Source: Eledone cirrhosa (Eukaryota). From it: a DNA stretch of 64,000 nucleotides. Location of the stretch: contig OZ024742.1 in assembly GCA_964016885.1 (NCBI GenBank), positions 185,628,001 to 185,692,000 of the forward strand. The letters run 5' to 3'. A model generated the notes under the pieces. It ran no database searches, was not told the origin of the DNA, and saw only the letters and a list, made by a program, of their open reading frames with translations. Numbering within the stretch: the first letter of the stretch is position 1; each line of letters opens with the position of its first letter. The position numbers were made by a program, and so were the translations under genes. Positions 1 to 12,032 of the stretch are shown here, piece by piece.

Positions 1-437
1 TTAAACCTTTCGATGGTGAAATAGAGAATTAAAATTAAATAGTGTGTATTTATTGCTGCGAATGTCCACTTCGTCTGAGTGGAATTACATTTTGATTGAT
101 AGGTGATGAAGGGACATTTGAGAAGCAGAAGAAGAAAGCAACGATAAAAATAAAAATAAAACATGAATATACCCGTAAATAAAATCACATTGCTTCTATA
201 AATATATGTTAGCTACTTTTTCCCATATATAAAGAAGCCGAAAATATTCGGCTTCTCTAAAAGAAAATTAGCCTCCTGATTTTTTTGTAACAAGAAATTC
301 TCCCTGCATACATTTCGCCAATATTGATTATAGTTTTTTTTTCATGTTTTCTTCTCAGCTTCAGAAAATCCCTCATTAACAGAAATTATTTGCTTAAACT
401 TTTAACTTGTGGTAATAATATATATATATAATCGTTG

Positions 438-473
<36 letters not shown>

Positions 474-645
474 TTATTCCGGCTCTGTATTATACTTGTT
501 ATTTTACATCGAGCTATTCTCATACTGGATAATATTAATATTACCCATATTATTTATATATATGTATATATATATATATATGTGTGTGTGTGTATATATA
601 TATATATGTGTGTATATATATATATATATATGTATGTATATATAT

Positions 646-739
<94 letters not shown>

Positions 740-807
740 GTAAAAGGTAAACAGAAATAACAACACAATCGGTACAGTATATGGAAGGGATATATTAGGT
801 TAACGCT

Positions 808-854
<47 letters not shown>

Positions 855-1239
855 GTATGTATATATTAATACAATTATATATATATACACAGAGAGAGAC
901 CGGGAGAGAGAAGATTTGATAATGTTGTATCCATAATTTCTTATGAGTGCCTGCTGTATATAAATTGAGAAAACAACACCATACTTCAGGATCTAGCATA
1001 TAAAAACATCGAAATAACAGAAGTAAACCTTTTTCCATCATTACATTTTTCTGTTCAAATTCTAGCTGTCTGGTGAGGTCATAGCTGTTGCATAATGGTT
1101 ATCACCGAAATATATATAACAGTGAACATGAATAAAAAGAAGTTAATTTTAACCTGTTGACTTACACTTCTTGTTTATGGGCGGTGCCCCAGCATGGCCT
1201 CAGCCGGATGGCTGAAACAGGTAAAAGAGTAAAAGAGTA

Positions 1240-1338
<99 letters not shown>

Positions 1339-1530
1339 CGTGCGCGCGCAATTTCACCAATATAAGCGAGTAAGGCCACTTCGTAATACCTCACTATAGG
1401 AAAGCCCTCCTCTTTAATAATGATTTCTAGAATAGGCACAATCCCAGTAATTTTGGGAGAGGGGAAAGTCAATAAAATCGACCACAGAACGTTACTGGTG
1501 CTTTATTTTATGAACCCTTAATAAGGACTC

Positions 1531-2045
1531 CTGGATAAAGAAAACCACTAACAATGATCTATTCGATGTGCCGATGGGACCATTTGACGGTGCTTATATA
1601 TGCGATATGGTGGGCCTTTTTATCTTAGACACGCTACGTAAGAAATACCCTGATTTCCATACGGGCCTATATCGTGATGATGGTTTGACACTATCGAGCC
1701 ATAAAGTGGCCATGACCACGACACTTTTAGCAAAGAAACCTGATTACTACCTTCAAGAACCATGGAATAAAAATTTACAACCTCTACCAACCTCACCAGT
1801 GTTAACTTCCTAGACGTTAATTTAGACCTATATACATGCACATATAGACCATTCTACAAACCCAGTGAAATACTTAGGTATATTCATAAGGACTCTAGCT
1901 ACCACTTTAATCTTTTTAAATCTCATTAATAACATCTGTTCTAGCAAAGTCATCTTTGACAAAGCAGTCTCCTACTACAACTCAGCTCTAAGCAATAGTG
2001 GCTTCTCCGGGAGAATGCCTTACTCACCAAATCACCGCCCTATAT
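1531..2045 (+). pseudogene. Penelope-like element reverse transcriptase core fragment (frameshifted)
   Basis: Translates as WIKK..LFDVPMGPFDGAYICDMVGLFIL..GLYRDDGL, then VNFLDVNLDL..YRPFYKP and FDKAVSYYNSALSNSGF in shifted frames. These are typical PLE RT motifs including the catalytic YRDD. Confidence 0.85.
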
Positions 2046-2406
2046 CTAGCAAAAAATATATATATAAAGCTCTGATGATTACCAACAGTATGAAACAGAT
2101 CTGTCAGCTTATCTCCCTTTGTTTGTTAAAAAAAGAAGTAAGTGACATAGTCACTACTTTAAAATAATAGCGCAAGGTCTTCAAAATGTTTTTAATTAAG
2201 CATACAGTGTATTGCCAAATATACTATATATATACATTCATGTATACATCGCTATTTCAGAGCACCAATTCTAATATATATATATATATATAAGTTGTAA
2301 TAGAATGAAAACGAAATTTAATTTCTCACTCTTAGTACGGCACTTACTTAAATGTAAGTATGTATGTATACGTACATACATATATGTATACAGACGTACA
2401 GTAGCA

Positions 2407-2450
<44 letters not shown>

Positions 2451-2600
2451 CAGGTACACATACATATATGTACGTATCAGTTTAGCGGACGTTTATTATA
2501 ACGCCCGCTTTGTCCGTTTGTAAACAAACGGACAGCCTGAATTTATGCCGTACGGTGTTAAGGCAACCACGTCACCTTTTTGTTCAACGCTGACACAGGA

Positions 2601-2643
2601 ACGATGTACTAGTTTCAAGCTTCTTAGCTACCATCAGCACCGT
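2601..2643 (-). ncRNA. Hammerhead ribozyme, mirror copy with core substitution (CTGATGG)
   Basis: Reverse complement of 2949-2991 except for A9->G. Confidence 0.7.
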
Positions 2644-2948
2644 ATACCCTTCTGCCAGATGGTTGAACGTTCGAAAGTATATACTTTCTTATGAAAATTA
2701 ACGGCTGAGCAGCCTAATTTGCATATCGAGTGAGTTCAGTCGGCCAGGCGCACCGAAAACGATAAGTTGTAATAGAATGAAAACGAAATTTCATTTCTCA
2801 CTCTTAGTACGGCACTTACTTAAATGTAAGTATGTATGTATACGTACATACATATATGTATACAGACGTACAGTAGCATGCATATATATATAATTTTCAT
2901 AAGGAAAGTATATACTTTCGAACGTTCAACCATCTGGCAGAAGGGTAT

Positions 2949-2991
2949 ACGGTGCTGATGATAGCTAAGAAGCTTGAAACTAGTACATCGT
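2949..2991 (+). ncRNA. Minimal type I hammerhead ribozyme (core intact)
   Basis: acggtg CTGATGA t-agct-aaga-agct-t GAA actagt A catcgt. Stem I is acggtg/catcgt, stem III is the palindrome actagt, and the GUA site ends at 2985. Confidence 0.85.
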
Positions 2992-3141
2992 TCCTGTGTC
3001 AGTGTTGAACAAAAAGGTGACGTGGTTGCCTTAACACCGTACGGCATAAATTCAGGCTGTCCGTTTGTTTACAAACGGACAAAGCGTGCGTTATAATAAA
3101 CGTCCGCTAAACTGATACGTACATATATGTATGTGTACCTG

Positions 3142-3179
<38 letters not shown>

Positions 3180-3232
3180 TGCTACTGTACGTCTGTATAC
3201 ATATATGTATGTACGTATACAACTATACTTAC

Positions 3233-3261
<29 letters not shown>

Positions 3262-3270
<9 letters not shown>

Positions 3271-3573
3271 GTGAGGGTTTTTTACAAAATGGAAAAAAAA
3301 CCAGGTGTCCTACACGAGTGAAAGTATAAGGAAAAAAGATGAAATCGAAAATGCAACTGGAGTCTTTTTTTAAAAACATATACATTTATTTGGTTCCTTT
3401 ACCGGTTTCGCAGTTCTTCTGCTTTTCAAGAGTAGAATTGAGATGTGCGAAAAACCATAAACCCTCCACCTCAATTCTACTTTGAAAAGCAGAAGTACGA
3501 AATGGGTAAAGGAACCAAATAATATATTTTTTTTTAAAAAGACTCCAGTTGCATTTTCGATTTCATCTTTTTT

Positions 3574-3579
<6 letters not shown>
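3262..3579. mobile_element. Fold-back element, 'accggt' family (other copies 20686-21028 and 23273-23575)
   Basis: Arms about 3325-3445 and 3467-3579. The left arm carries GAA-accggt-A-aagga (3' half of an HHR) on the minus strand. Flanked by (TA)n. Confidence 0.75.
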
Positions 3580-3621
<42 letters not shown>

Positions 3622-3825
3622 TTTGAGTATATGTTGGTGGTTGTTTACCGCCACCTCAGTATGCAGTTTGGAGCACTCTGACGAAGTACGCCGGTTGGTT
3701 TGTTTACTCCGGAGTAATGTAAAATAATTAAGTCAAATATGTAAAATTTGGCTTCGTTTATTACAAATTCTGGTATATATATTTTGGTGACAGCCTTATT
3801 GGCTGTGAGCTCTTCAGGCAGTCCG

Positions 3826-4044
3826 AATTGGTGTGGGAAGGACAGGTACACATGTTGTTGAAATGTGTTTTACTCCGTCAATCCATCGATATGTCCAGCT
3901 CCTGGTAGTGTTGTTAGGAACTGGAATCATATGATTCCAGTTCCTAAGAGAAATAACAACACTACCAGGAGCTGGACATATCGATGGATAGACGGAGTAA
4001 AACACATTTCAACAACATGTGTACCTGTCCTTCCCACACCAATT
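3826..4044. repeat. Near-perfect palindrome with arms of about 105 bp
   Basis: aattggtgtgggaagg...ggaactggaatcat|atgattccagttcc...ccttcccacaccaatt. The centre is at 3930/3931 with no spacer, and one arm has a small indel. Confidence 0.9.
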
Positions 4045-4189
4045 CTGGCACTTTCATCCTTACGGGGTCGATAAAATAAAGTACCAGTAATGCACTAGGT
4101 AATTGCTGGCCTTGTGCCAAAAGTAGAAACAATTATTACAACAATCTGACCCTCCTCAAGTATAACAATATATATATACATATATATAC

Positions 4190-4403
4190 GAACGATCGAC
4201 TTTCGTCAAATCGGACCGAGGGAACAATGTTTCCGTTGGTCTTTCCAATTGCTAATACTATCTATCGGTCGCAACTCCAGGTAGACGGAGCAGCGTGAAA
4301 TAAAGTGTCTTGCTCAAGGACATAACGCATCGCCTGGTCCAGGAATCGAACTCACAACCCTACGATTGCGAATCCAATTCTCTAACCACTCAGCCACACG
4401 CCT
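4190..4403 (-). mobile_element. tRNA-derived CORE-type SINE (octopus OR-like)
   Basis: A box ggcgtgtggctgagtggttag, B box gagttcgattcc, CORE-like tgtccttgagcaagacactt. A nearly identical copy lies at 35119-35331. Confidence 0.8.
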
Positions 4404-4405
4404 TC

Positions 4406-4463
<58 letters not shown>

Positions 4464-5689
4464 ATGTATGCATAGTGTAGATTATTCAGCAAATTATGTT
4501 GATTGATTACTGAGGATCGCATGTGTGTGTATATATATAAATATGTGTGTGTGTGTGTGTGTGTGTGTGACTGAGTGTAATGTGGTTTGCTGATAATTGA
4601 GCTGTTGTCTTTTTCTTCTCCCATCTCTGCTGCTGCTTTTACTTTCTCATTCCACCGCTTCCTCATCATTTCACCTTTTGGCCTCACCCAAAGAAACCAG
4701 AAATCAAATATTTGGCACCACTACTGTGAACACAAATAATTTTCTCTGCAGTGGAATTCTCGTATTAATTGTTTTTATATAAACAACGAAAGCTGTATAT
4801 TCTAAACCTCACCCAGTCAACCACCATCTCTTCTACATATTTAGACTCTATATATTTCCAATTGTACAAATCGCCATGTTGTCTATTTTTCTTATCTGAA
4901 ATATTTTTTATAGATTTTTCAAAACTGCTTCTCCAAAATTGTATATAACCTTTTCGTTACCATATTTATAATGAAAAAGCATTGCCAATGATTTTCAAAT
5001 AATTTAGAGAAATAGAGCAAAATAACTAACTTTCTCATCACTAAACTGTTTGGGATATAACTTCTAAAAGGTTCTTGCATAAAATAATGATGGACAGTTT
5101 TTAGATTTATATAAACTCTTTAACCCTTTCGTTGCCGTAATTCAAATGAAAGACACTGCCTATTGTTTTCAAATAATTTTCAAAGGAACCAAGAATTCGG
5201 TGAGTAATATAACTATTTCATTACCAAGCTGATATTTGGAACATAACTTAACAAAGGTTCTTATATAAAATGTTTTGTAATGCAGAATAAGAGGCGGGTT
5301 GATATCAAAAGAAACAATCCACTATTGTATATAATTCATCTAGATAAATATTTTTAGACAAAAAAAATCTCCTTTAAATCTGGATGAAATCCAATTTCTT
5401 TCATACCTTGCCATCAAATTATATATTCTGTCTATTTTTTTTTATTTTGGCAAGATACAACATCTCCACGACTGGTTTTCCATGCTGAGGTCACTAGTCA
5501 GGTTTTTTTCCAACTCAGTGTCGGTGATTTTACCCAACTGTCCATCTTTATTAATGTAAACACGAGTGTTGATGTCGAACACCATACAATTCTAAATAAA
5601 TCCAACAACAGGATTTCTATAATTAAAACAAGATATAATAGATACATGTGGAGTTAATAACAGAAACATTAACACTTACTTAACCACGG

Positions 5690-6015
5690 AATGGAAGGAG
5701 CCTGCGTCGGTTTCGACGATGAATGTTCTAGTTCACGGAACAGCCTGCTCATGAAATTATTGTGTAAGTGGCTAAGCATTCTACAGACGCTTGTACCATT
5801 AACGTAAATCCCAGGGAGATTCAGTGTGGCAACGTATGTGACAAAACTGTCCCTTTGAATAACAGGTATACTCCATCCGACAAGCTTTCAAACAGTTTCG
5901 ATCGACCTAAATTTCATCCACAAGGCATGAGTCGACCAGAGGTTATGGTAAATGCCAAGTAGTGGGATCAAACCCGACACCTAATGATTGCGAAGCAAAC
6001 TTCTTAACCATTCGA
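5690..6015 (-). mobile_element. Degenerate SINE-like interspersed repeat
   Basis: Shares cagcctgctc..gaaatt..gtggct..cattc..cagac segments with 12290-12550, 25935-26075, 31180-31460 and 32960-33145. Confidence 0.55.
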
Positions 6016-6257
6016 CCATGTTGTGTCCACTTTAATCAATACCCCGTTTAAAATTGTTGTTGCTCCATGATCCATGTCAAAGATTAGGAACATGGGTCCC
6101 TTTAACTTGTCTTAGGTGGCGGTTAGACACTCTGAATTCTTTTTATTATGACCTGAATATTGAAACATTTTAAGATAACATTCAAAGCTAAAAATCACAT
6201 TTGCTAAGATTGTGTGTATTTTTGTTTATAATAAATTATGTGACTCCGATAGTTTTG

Positions 6258-6289
<32 letters not shown>

Positions 6290-6291
6290 CA

Positions 6292-6490
6292 GGGCGGTGG
6301 ATTGGCAGTATCGGTAAAGGGTCGGACGCCATGCTTTGACTCATAGAGTTACGGCCCTTGCCATTCTGAGTTCAAATCCAGTCGAGGTTAACTTTGCCTT
6401 TCATCCTTACGGGGGTCGATAAAATAAAGTACCAGTAATGCACTGGGGTAATTACTGGCCTTGTGCCAAAAGTAGAAACAATTATTATTG
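6292..6490 (+). mobile_element. tRNA-derived Meta-domain-type SINE
   Basis: Head tggcagtatcggtaaag..gagttcaaatcc, central gcctttcatcct..ggggtcgataaaataaagtaccag, tail ctggccttgtgccaaaagtagaaacaatta. Many copies occur in the window. Confidence 0.8.
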
Positions 6491-7098
6491 TTATTTTAAT
6501 TTTTAAACTAAAAGATTGGCTCTTCGGGTTGAAAAGTTTCCTACCCCTAGTGCTGGTCCTGGTGGACAAAATGGTGAATGTGTTACCTCGCAGGATAGTG
6601 AAGGACTTGTGCTGAAAGAGCCAACTCGTTTTTACAGATAGCCATCTCCATCCCGGTCGCAGTAAGTCGTTCGCTAGATGTTTCCACCGTTCGTTGTATT
6701 TTTATTATGAACATCTTGTTTTGTTTAATAATAGATAGATACAACAGTTTTCACTAACTAATGCCTTTTTACAATTACATCCACGATTGCTAATCCAAAA
6801 GGCCCATTGCACATGACGACTGTTTGGAAATATTTTACACTTTCACGTTGATGTTGGATTCATGTGTGTTTCGAATTAGAATCTTGAAAACTGGTAGTTA
6901 TAAAAGTTGGATATGATCAGGAGTATTAATATGTGTATAAAAGTGTTTGGTTATAAAAGGAAAGGTGACGATCGTTAGATGGGACAAAGGAAACAATGTT
7001 TCCATTGGTCTTTCCATTGCCGATACAATCTGCTGGTTACATCTGGCAGAATAAGCAGCATGAAATAAAATATATAAAATATTGAATTATATATATAT

Positions 7099-7213
7099 AA
7101 ATGGCTTCTACAGGACTAGAACTGTTTCATTCGGGAGAAAGCATCAGGAAACCGACTGTGCAAGTAGATGATTTCTCCCGAATGAAACAGTTCTAGTCCT
7201 GTAGAAGCCATTT
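7099..7213. mobile_element. Short fold-back with HHR-bearing arms
   Basis: 42-bp perfect inverted arms at 7099-7140 and 7172-7213. Confidence 0.8.
7103..7153 (-). ncRNA. Type I hammerhead with core substitution (CTGATGC)
   Basis: ggtttc CTGATGc tttc-tccc-gaat GAA acag-ttctagtc-ctgt A gaagcc. Same family as 21691-21741. Confidence 0.65.
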
Positions 7214-7291
7214 CTATATTAAATATTTATACTCTGCTATGTATTGAGTACCTTACTTACTGAGGTTACCCCCGATTGAACCCGGGATAAA

Positions 7292-7350
<59 letters not shown>

Positions 7351-7859
7351 CACACATATGATATACGTAAATATGATGTATATATATATATACGTGAAAG
7401 TACACACACACATATATACAAACGCACACACTCACGCACACAGAAACAATATAAAAAGGCACAGACACACACACTCATACATAAACATATACGCACACTC
7501 TTGCAAAAAAACATACATATACGAATGTGCACATACACACACACCCTCATACACAGACATACACACATACCAAGACATAAACAGACACACACACTTATGA
7601 ACACGGAGATGTCAACAAAGAAAACATGAAAAAAAAAAGAATTCACATATAAAATATAAAAGACTCACAGACACGCACGAGTACACACACGTGCACAGAC
7701 ACGTGCACAGACAGAAGCAATAAAATACATCCACGAAATTCACCCTTGACTCTCCACCACGGCCCCCTTTCGCGAATGCCGGACTACTCGTCTACCACCC
7801 CAACCTTCTTAAAAGCGTTTTTCCAAAATTCGATGTTCCAACCGGTTCTCTCTCTCTCC

Positions 7860-7934
<75 letters not shown>

Positions 7935-7973
7935 TCTCTCTCTCTCTCCCTCACTCTCTCTCTCTGAACTATC

Positions 7974-8005
7974 CACTTCCTGAAGAAGGACTTATGTCCG
8001 AAGTG
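7974..8005 (+). ncRNA. Hammerhead remnant lacking stem III
   Basis: cacttc CTGAAGA a ggac-ttat-gtcc GAAgtg. Stem II is intact and stem I is cacttc/gaagtg, but the stem III/cleavage segment is missing. Confidence 0.5.
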
Positions 8006-8099
8006 CCGAACTCCTCTCTACGTCTTCCTAAGCGTGATACTAATAAGATTTTGTGTTTTTGCATCTCTGAGTTTGTGTTGTCATTTCTTTACCGCACAT

Positions 8100-8127
8100 A
8101 TATATATATATAGGTTAAATATGTAGG

Positions 8128-8168
<41 letters not shown>

Positions 8169-8225
8169 TTAAATATGTAGGTTATATATATATATATATA
8201 TATATATATAGGTTAAATATGTAGG

Positions 8226-8260
<35 letters not shown>

Positions 8261-8424
8261 TTAAATATGTAGGTTATATATATATATATATATATAGGTT
8301 AAATATGTAGGTTATATATATATATATATATATAGGTTAAATATGTAGGTTATATATATATATATATATATATATAGGTTAAATATGTAGGTTATATATA
8401 TATATATATATATATAGGTTAAAT

Positions 8425-8435
<11 letters not shown>
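8100..8435. repeat. Composite tandem array of ggttaaatatgtaggtta plus variable (TA)n, 8 units
   Basis: Units start at 8113, 8167, 8211, 8259, 8297, 8335, 8377 and 8417. Confidence 0.95.
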
Positions 8436-9008
<573 letters not shown>

Positions 9009-9241
9009 GGAATTACCGCGAACTCGCTGCCTAACTAGGGAAACATCTTGTTGAGTTAAACAAAGCCGTACGTTAAAACTATCCACGACTCAGAGTACTC
9101 ACAACCTCTAACTGGATTACCTATAACGATAACTTGTTACCCCATATATATATATATATATGGTACCAATCACAGTTCTTAGCCATTTTGAATTCGTTTC
9201 TGACGGGGATCATTTATGAAATATCTTCGTCCAAGTGAGCT

Positions 9242-9325
9242 TGTTTCCTGATGAGTTCGAAGCTCGAGAATCTATCCTTGATAGGATATTTCCAAAAGCG
9301 AACGAAACCCTATAGGGTAGAAACG
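9242..9325 (+). ncRNA. Type I hammerhead ribozyme, fully canonical core
   Basis: gtttc CTGATGA gttcg...cgaac GAA accc-tata-gggt A gaaac. It has the G10.1-C11.1 pair, a 4-bp stem III within the palindrome accctatagggt, and a GUA site ending at 9319. Confidence 0.92.
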
Positions 9326-9618
9326 TAATCCTGGTATGTGTATATGCATTTTTTCTTCTAACTTTAATTTTTTACCTAATTGTGTATGGTTGACGATATA
9401 TTTAATCGATTTCCACGTGCTATTGAAATGCTGGGTAAATATTCTATAGCTGTTGATCGCGAATAGATGGCTGTCGTTTATTTATCTATTATTTCTTCAT
9501 AGGTGCCTTTTAATCTTATAGCCTGGTTTAATTGGTTTTTTGTGTGGTTGATTTTGCTAATTGGGAGAGGAAATGGTGTAATATATCTTATCAAATGATT
9601 CTATGTACATAATTTATA

Positions 9619-9690
<72 letters not shown>

Positions 9691-9729
9691 ATATTAAATA
9701 AATAGAAACTATATTTATAAAACCATATT

Positions 9730-9793
9730 TATTTTCTTATATATATTTCAAGGGTACCAAGTTAACATTGGTACGCTTTCATCAGATAAAATA
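9730..9793 (-). ncRNA. Minimal type I hammerhead (family A)
   Basis: tattttat CTGATGA aagcgtaccaa..ttggtaccctt GAA atatatat A agaaaata, with one mismatch in stem I. Confidence 0.75.
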
Positions 9794-10567
9794 CAAAGTT
9801 TGTTTTATAAATAGAGACATACCCATGAAAATCATACCTTATCTGTTGGAAATTCACTGGATAGTGGAAATATATTAGTGATTATTCAAACTTATGTGTG
9901 AATATGCAAATGAATATGTAAATAATTGAAAAACAACCGTTTATTTAAATGACACTGGAGAAAGAGAGAGAGAAAAGATATAAGGGGAGAAAGATAAAAA
10001 ATAGTACGAGAGAGATAGAGAGAAGAAATAGACAAGAGAGGATGAATAAAACTCATATAACGTTAATTTGGGGGAAATATATTCTGAGTATATATCTTAA
10101 TAGTACGTGTATTTACGATTATTAGTTGTTTAAAATTCGTTTCTAATATATTTTCTGTTATAAGTAGATAAATAAATAAATAAATAAATAACTAAATAGA
10201 TGGGTATATCATGTTATAGATAATTGTTTTAATGAGTTATGAGGGATATTGGTTTTGTATTTAATGTAAGTAAATATTAAGTTAAATTAAATTAAATTAA
10301 CTGAGTTAATAAGAATATTTATATTTATATATTTTAAAATGGGAAGATACGGAAAAACTCCAGTTTAGTTTATTTATTCGTTAGTATGAGAATATTTAGT
10401 CAAAATAAGTATAAATGTTGAAAGATATATTTAGCCAGAATCAGTTAGTGGTTATAAATTTAATAAAAAATATTGAAAAAATATTAAAAATTTGAGAAAA
10501 TAAAAAAAATAATAATTTATAAGAGATAAGTAATTTTTAAAAGAGATAAAATAATTTAATTCTACAG

Positions 10568-10972
10568 TTATAACTGTAGAATTAAATTAAACTGTCCTTT
10601 ACAAAATAAGTGTTTATATAAGGACGTGGTCTATAAATGTACAGTCGAAACCAGTGATAATATATTTAACTACAGAATTTAAAAGTTGCTGGAATAATCA
10701 CAAATGCTCTTTCAAAAGATTTGATAAAAAATCTTCAACTTCTCTTTCAAACCTGATATGTAACTTAAAATGAAAGAATATGGACTATTCATTAATTTGG
10801 GAAATAATTTTGAGAAGCACCCGCGTACCGAAACACAGCTTTATCTAGATTCTGCAAATTGTGTGTTGAGGAAATTTTTTTCATACTTAACTCTATTAAT
10901 CTAAGAACGAATTTATTTAATTCTTGTAGACATCGCCTGAATTCACCATTTAGAACTATATATAAATTATAA
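10568..10972 (+). pseudogene. PLE C-terminal GIY-YIG endonuclease remnant (absent from the ORF track)
   Basis: Manual translation gives NCRIKLNCPLQNKCLYKDVVYKCTVET..EFKSCWNNHKCSF..WEIIL..FCKLCVEEIFFIL..LFNSCRH, with stops and frameshifts. Confidence 0.82.
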
Positions 10973-11968
10973 TTACACTTATAATATTTCTACTTATTTC
11001 CATAACAATCTTATCCACTTGGTTTTAATATATTGATATCTCTAAATCATATCTATAACATTTGCTATAATTTCACTTCTTAAAGTTTTATAAAATATAT
11101 ACATATATAATTCAAATTTTTTTAAAATTTTAATTTTAATTGTAATTTTAATCTTAATAATTTTTAATTCTTTATTTTTTATTTCTTTAATTTTTATTTC
11201 TTTTAAAAATTACTTATCTCTTATAAATTATTATTTTTTTTATTTTCTCAAATTTTTAATATTTTTTTAATATTTTTTATTAGATTTATAACCACTAACT
11301 GATTCTGGCTAAATATATCTTTCAACATTTATACTTATTTTGACTAAATATTCTCATACTAACGAATAAATAAACTAAACTGGAGTTTTTCCGTATCTTC
11401 CCATTTTAAAATATATAAATATAAATATTCTTATTAACTCAGTTAATTTAATTTAATTTAACTTAATATTTACTTACATTAAATACAAAACCAATATCCC
11501 TCATAATTCATTAAAACAATTATCTATAACATGATATACCCATCTATTCATTTTTATATCTATTTATCTATTTATTTATTTATTTATTTATCTACCTATA
11601 ACAGAAAATATTATATTAGAAACGAATTTTAAACAACTAATAATCGTAAATACACGTACTATTAAGATATATACTCAGAATATATTTCCCCCAAATTAAC
11701 GTTATATGAGTTTTATTCATCCTCTCTTGTCTATTTCTTCTCTCTATCTCTCTCGTACTATTTTTTATCTTTATACCCTTATATCTTTTCTCTCTCTCTT
11801 TCTCCAGTGTCATTTAAATAAACGGTTGTTTTTCAATTATTTACATATTCATTTGCATATTCACACATAAGTTTGAATAATCCCTAATATATTTCCACTA
11901 TCCAGTGAATTTCCAACCGATAAGGTATGATTTTCATGGGTATGTCTCTATTTATAAAACAAACTTTG

Positions 11969-12032
11969 TATTTTATCTGATGAAAGCGTACCAATGTTAT
12001 CTTGGTACCCTTGAAATATATATAATAAAATA
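11969..12032 (+). ncRNA. Minimal type I hammerhead (family A, intact)
   Basis: tattttat CTGATGA aagcgtaccaa-tgttatc-ttggtaccctt GAA atatatat A ataaaata. Predicted cleavage is after 12024. Confidence 0.85.

Larger units (their letters stand above)
2289..3236. mobile_element. Fold-back PLE-terminus-like insertion with an internal direct repeat
   Basis: About 2352-2700 is the reverse complement of 2891-3236. 2290-2415 is directly repeated at 2762-2890. Each arm has an outward-facing HHR, and the structure is flanked by (TA)n. Confidence 0.8.

Noticed and set aside
409-1041. YIYI/THTH/CVCV-type ORFs here and throughout the window
   Set aside because: They are translations of (TA)n, (CA)n and (CATA)n microsatellites.
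4560-4720. Charged ORF segment RPKGEMMRKRWNEKVKAAAEMGEEK on the minus strand
   Set aside because: It is short, runs into a microsatellite, and has no recognisable homology or donor site.
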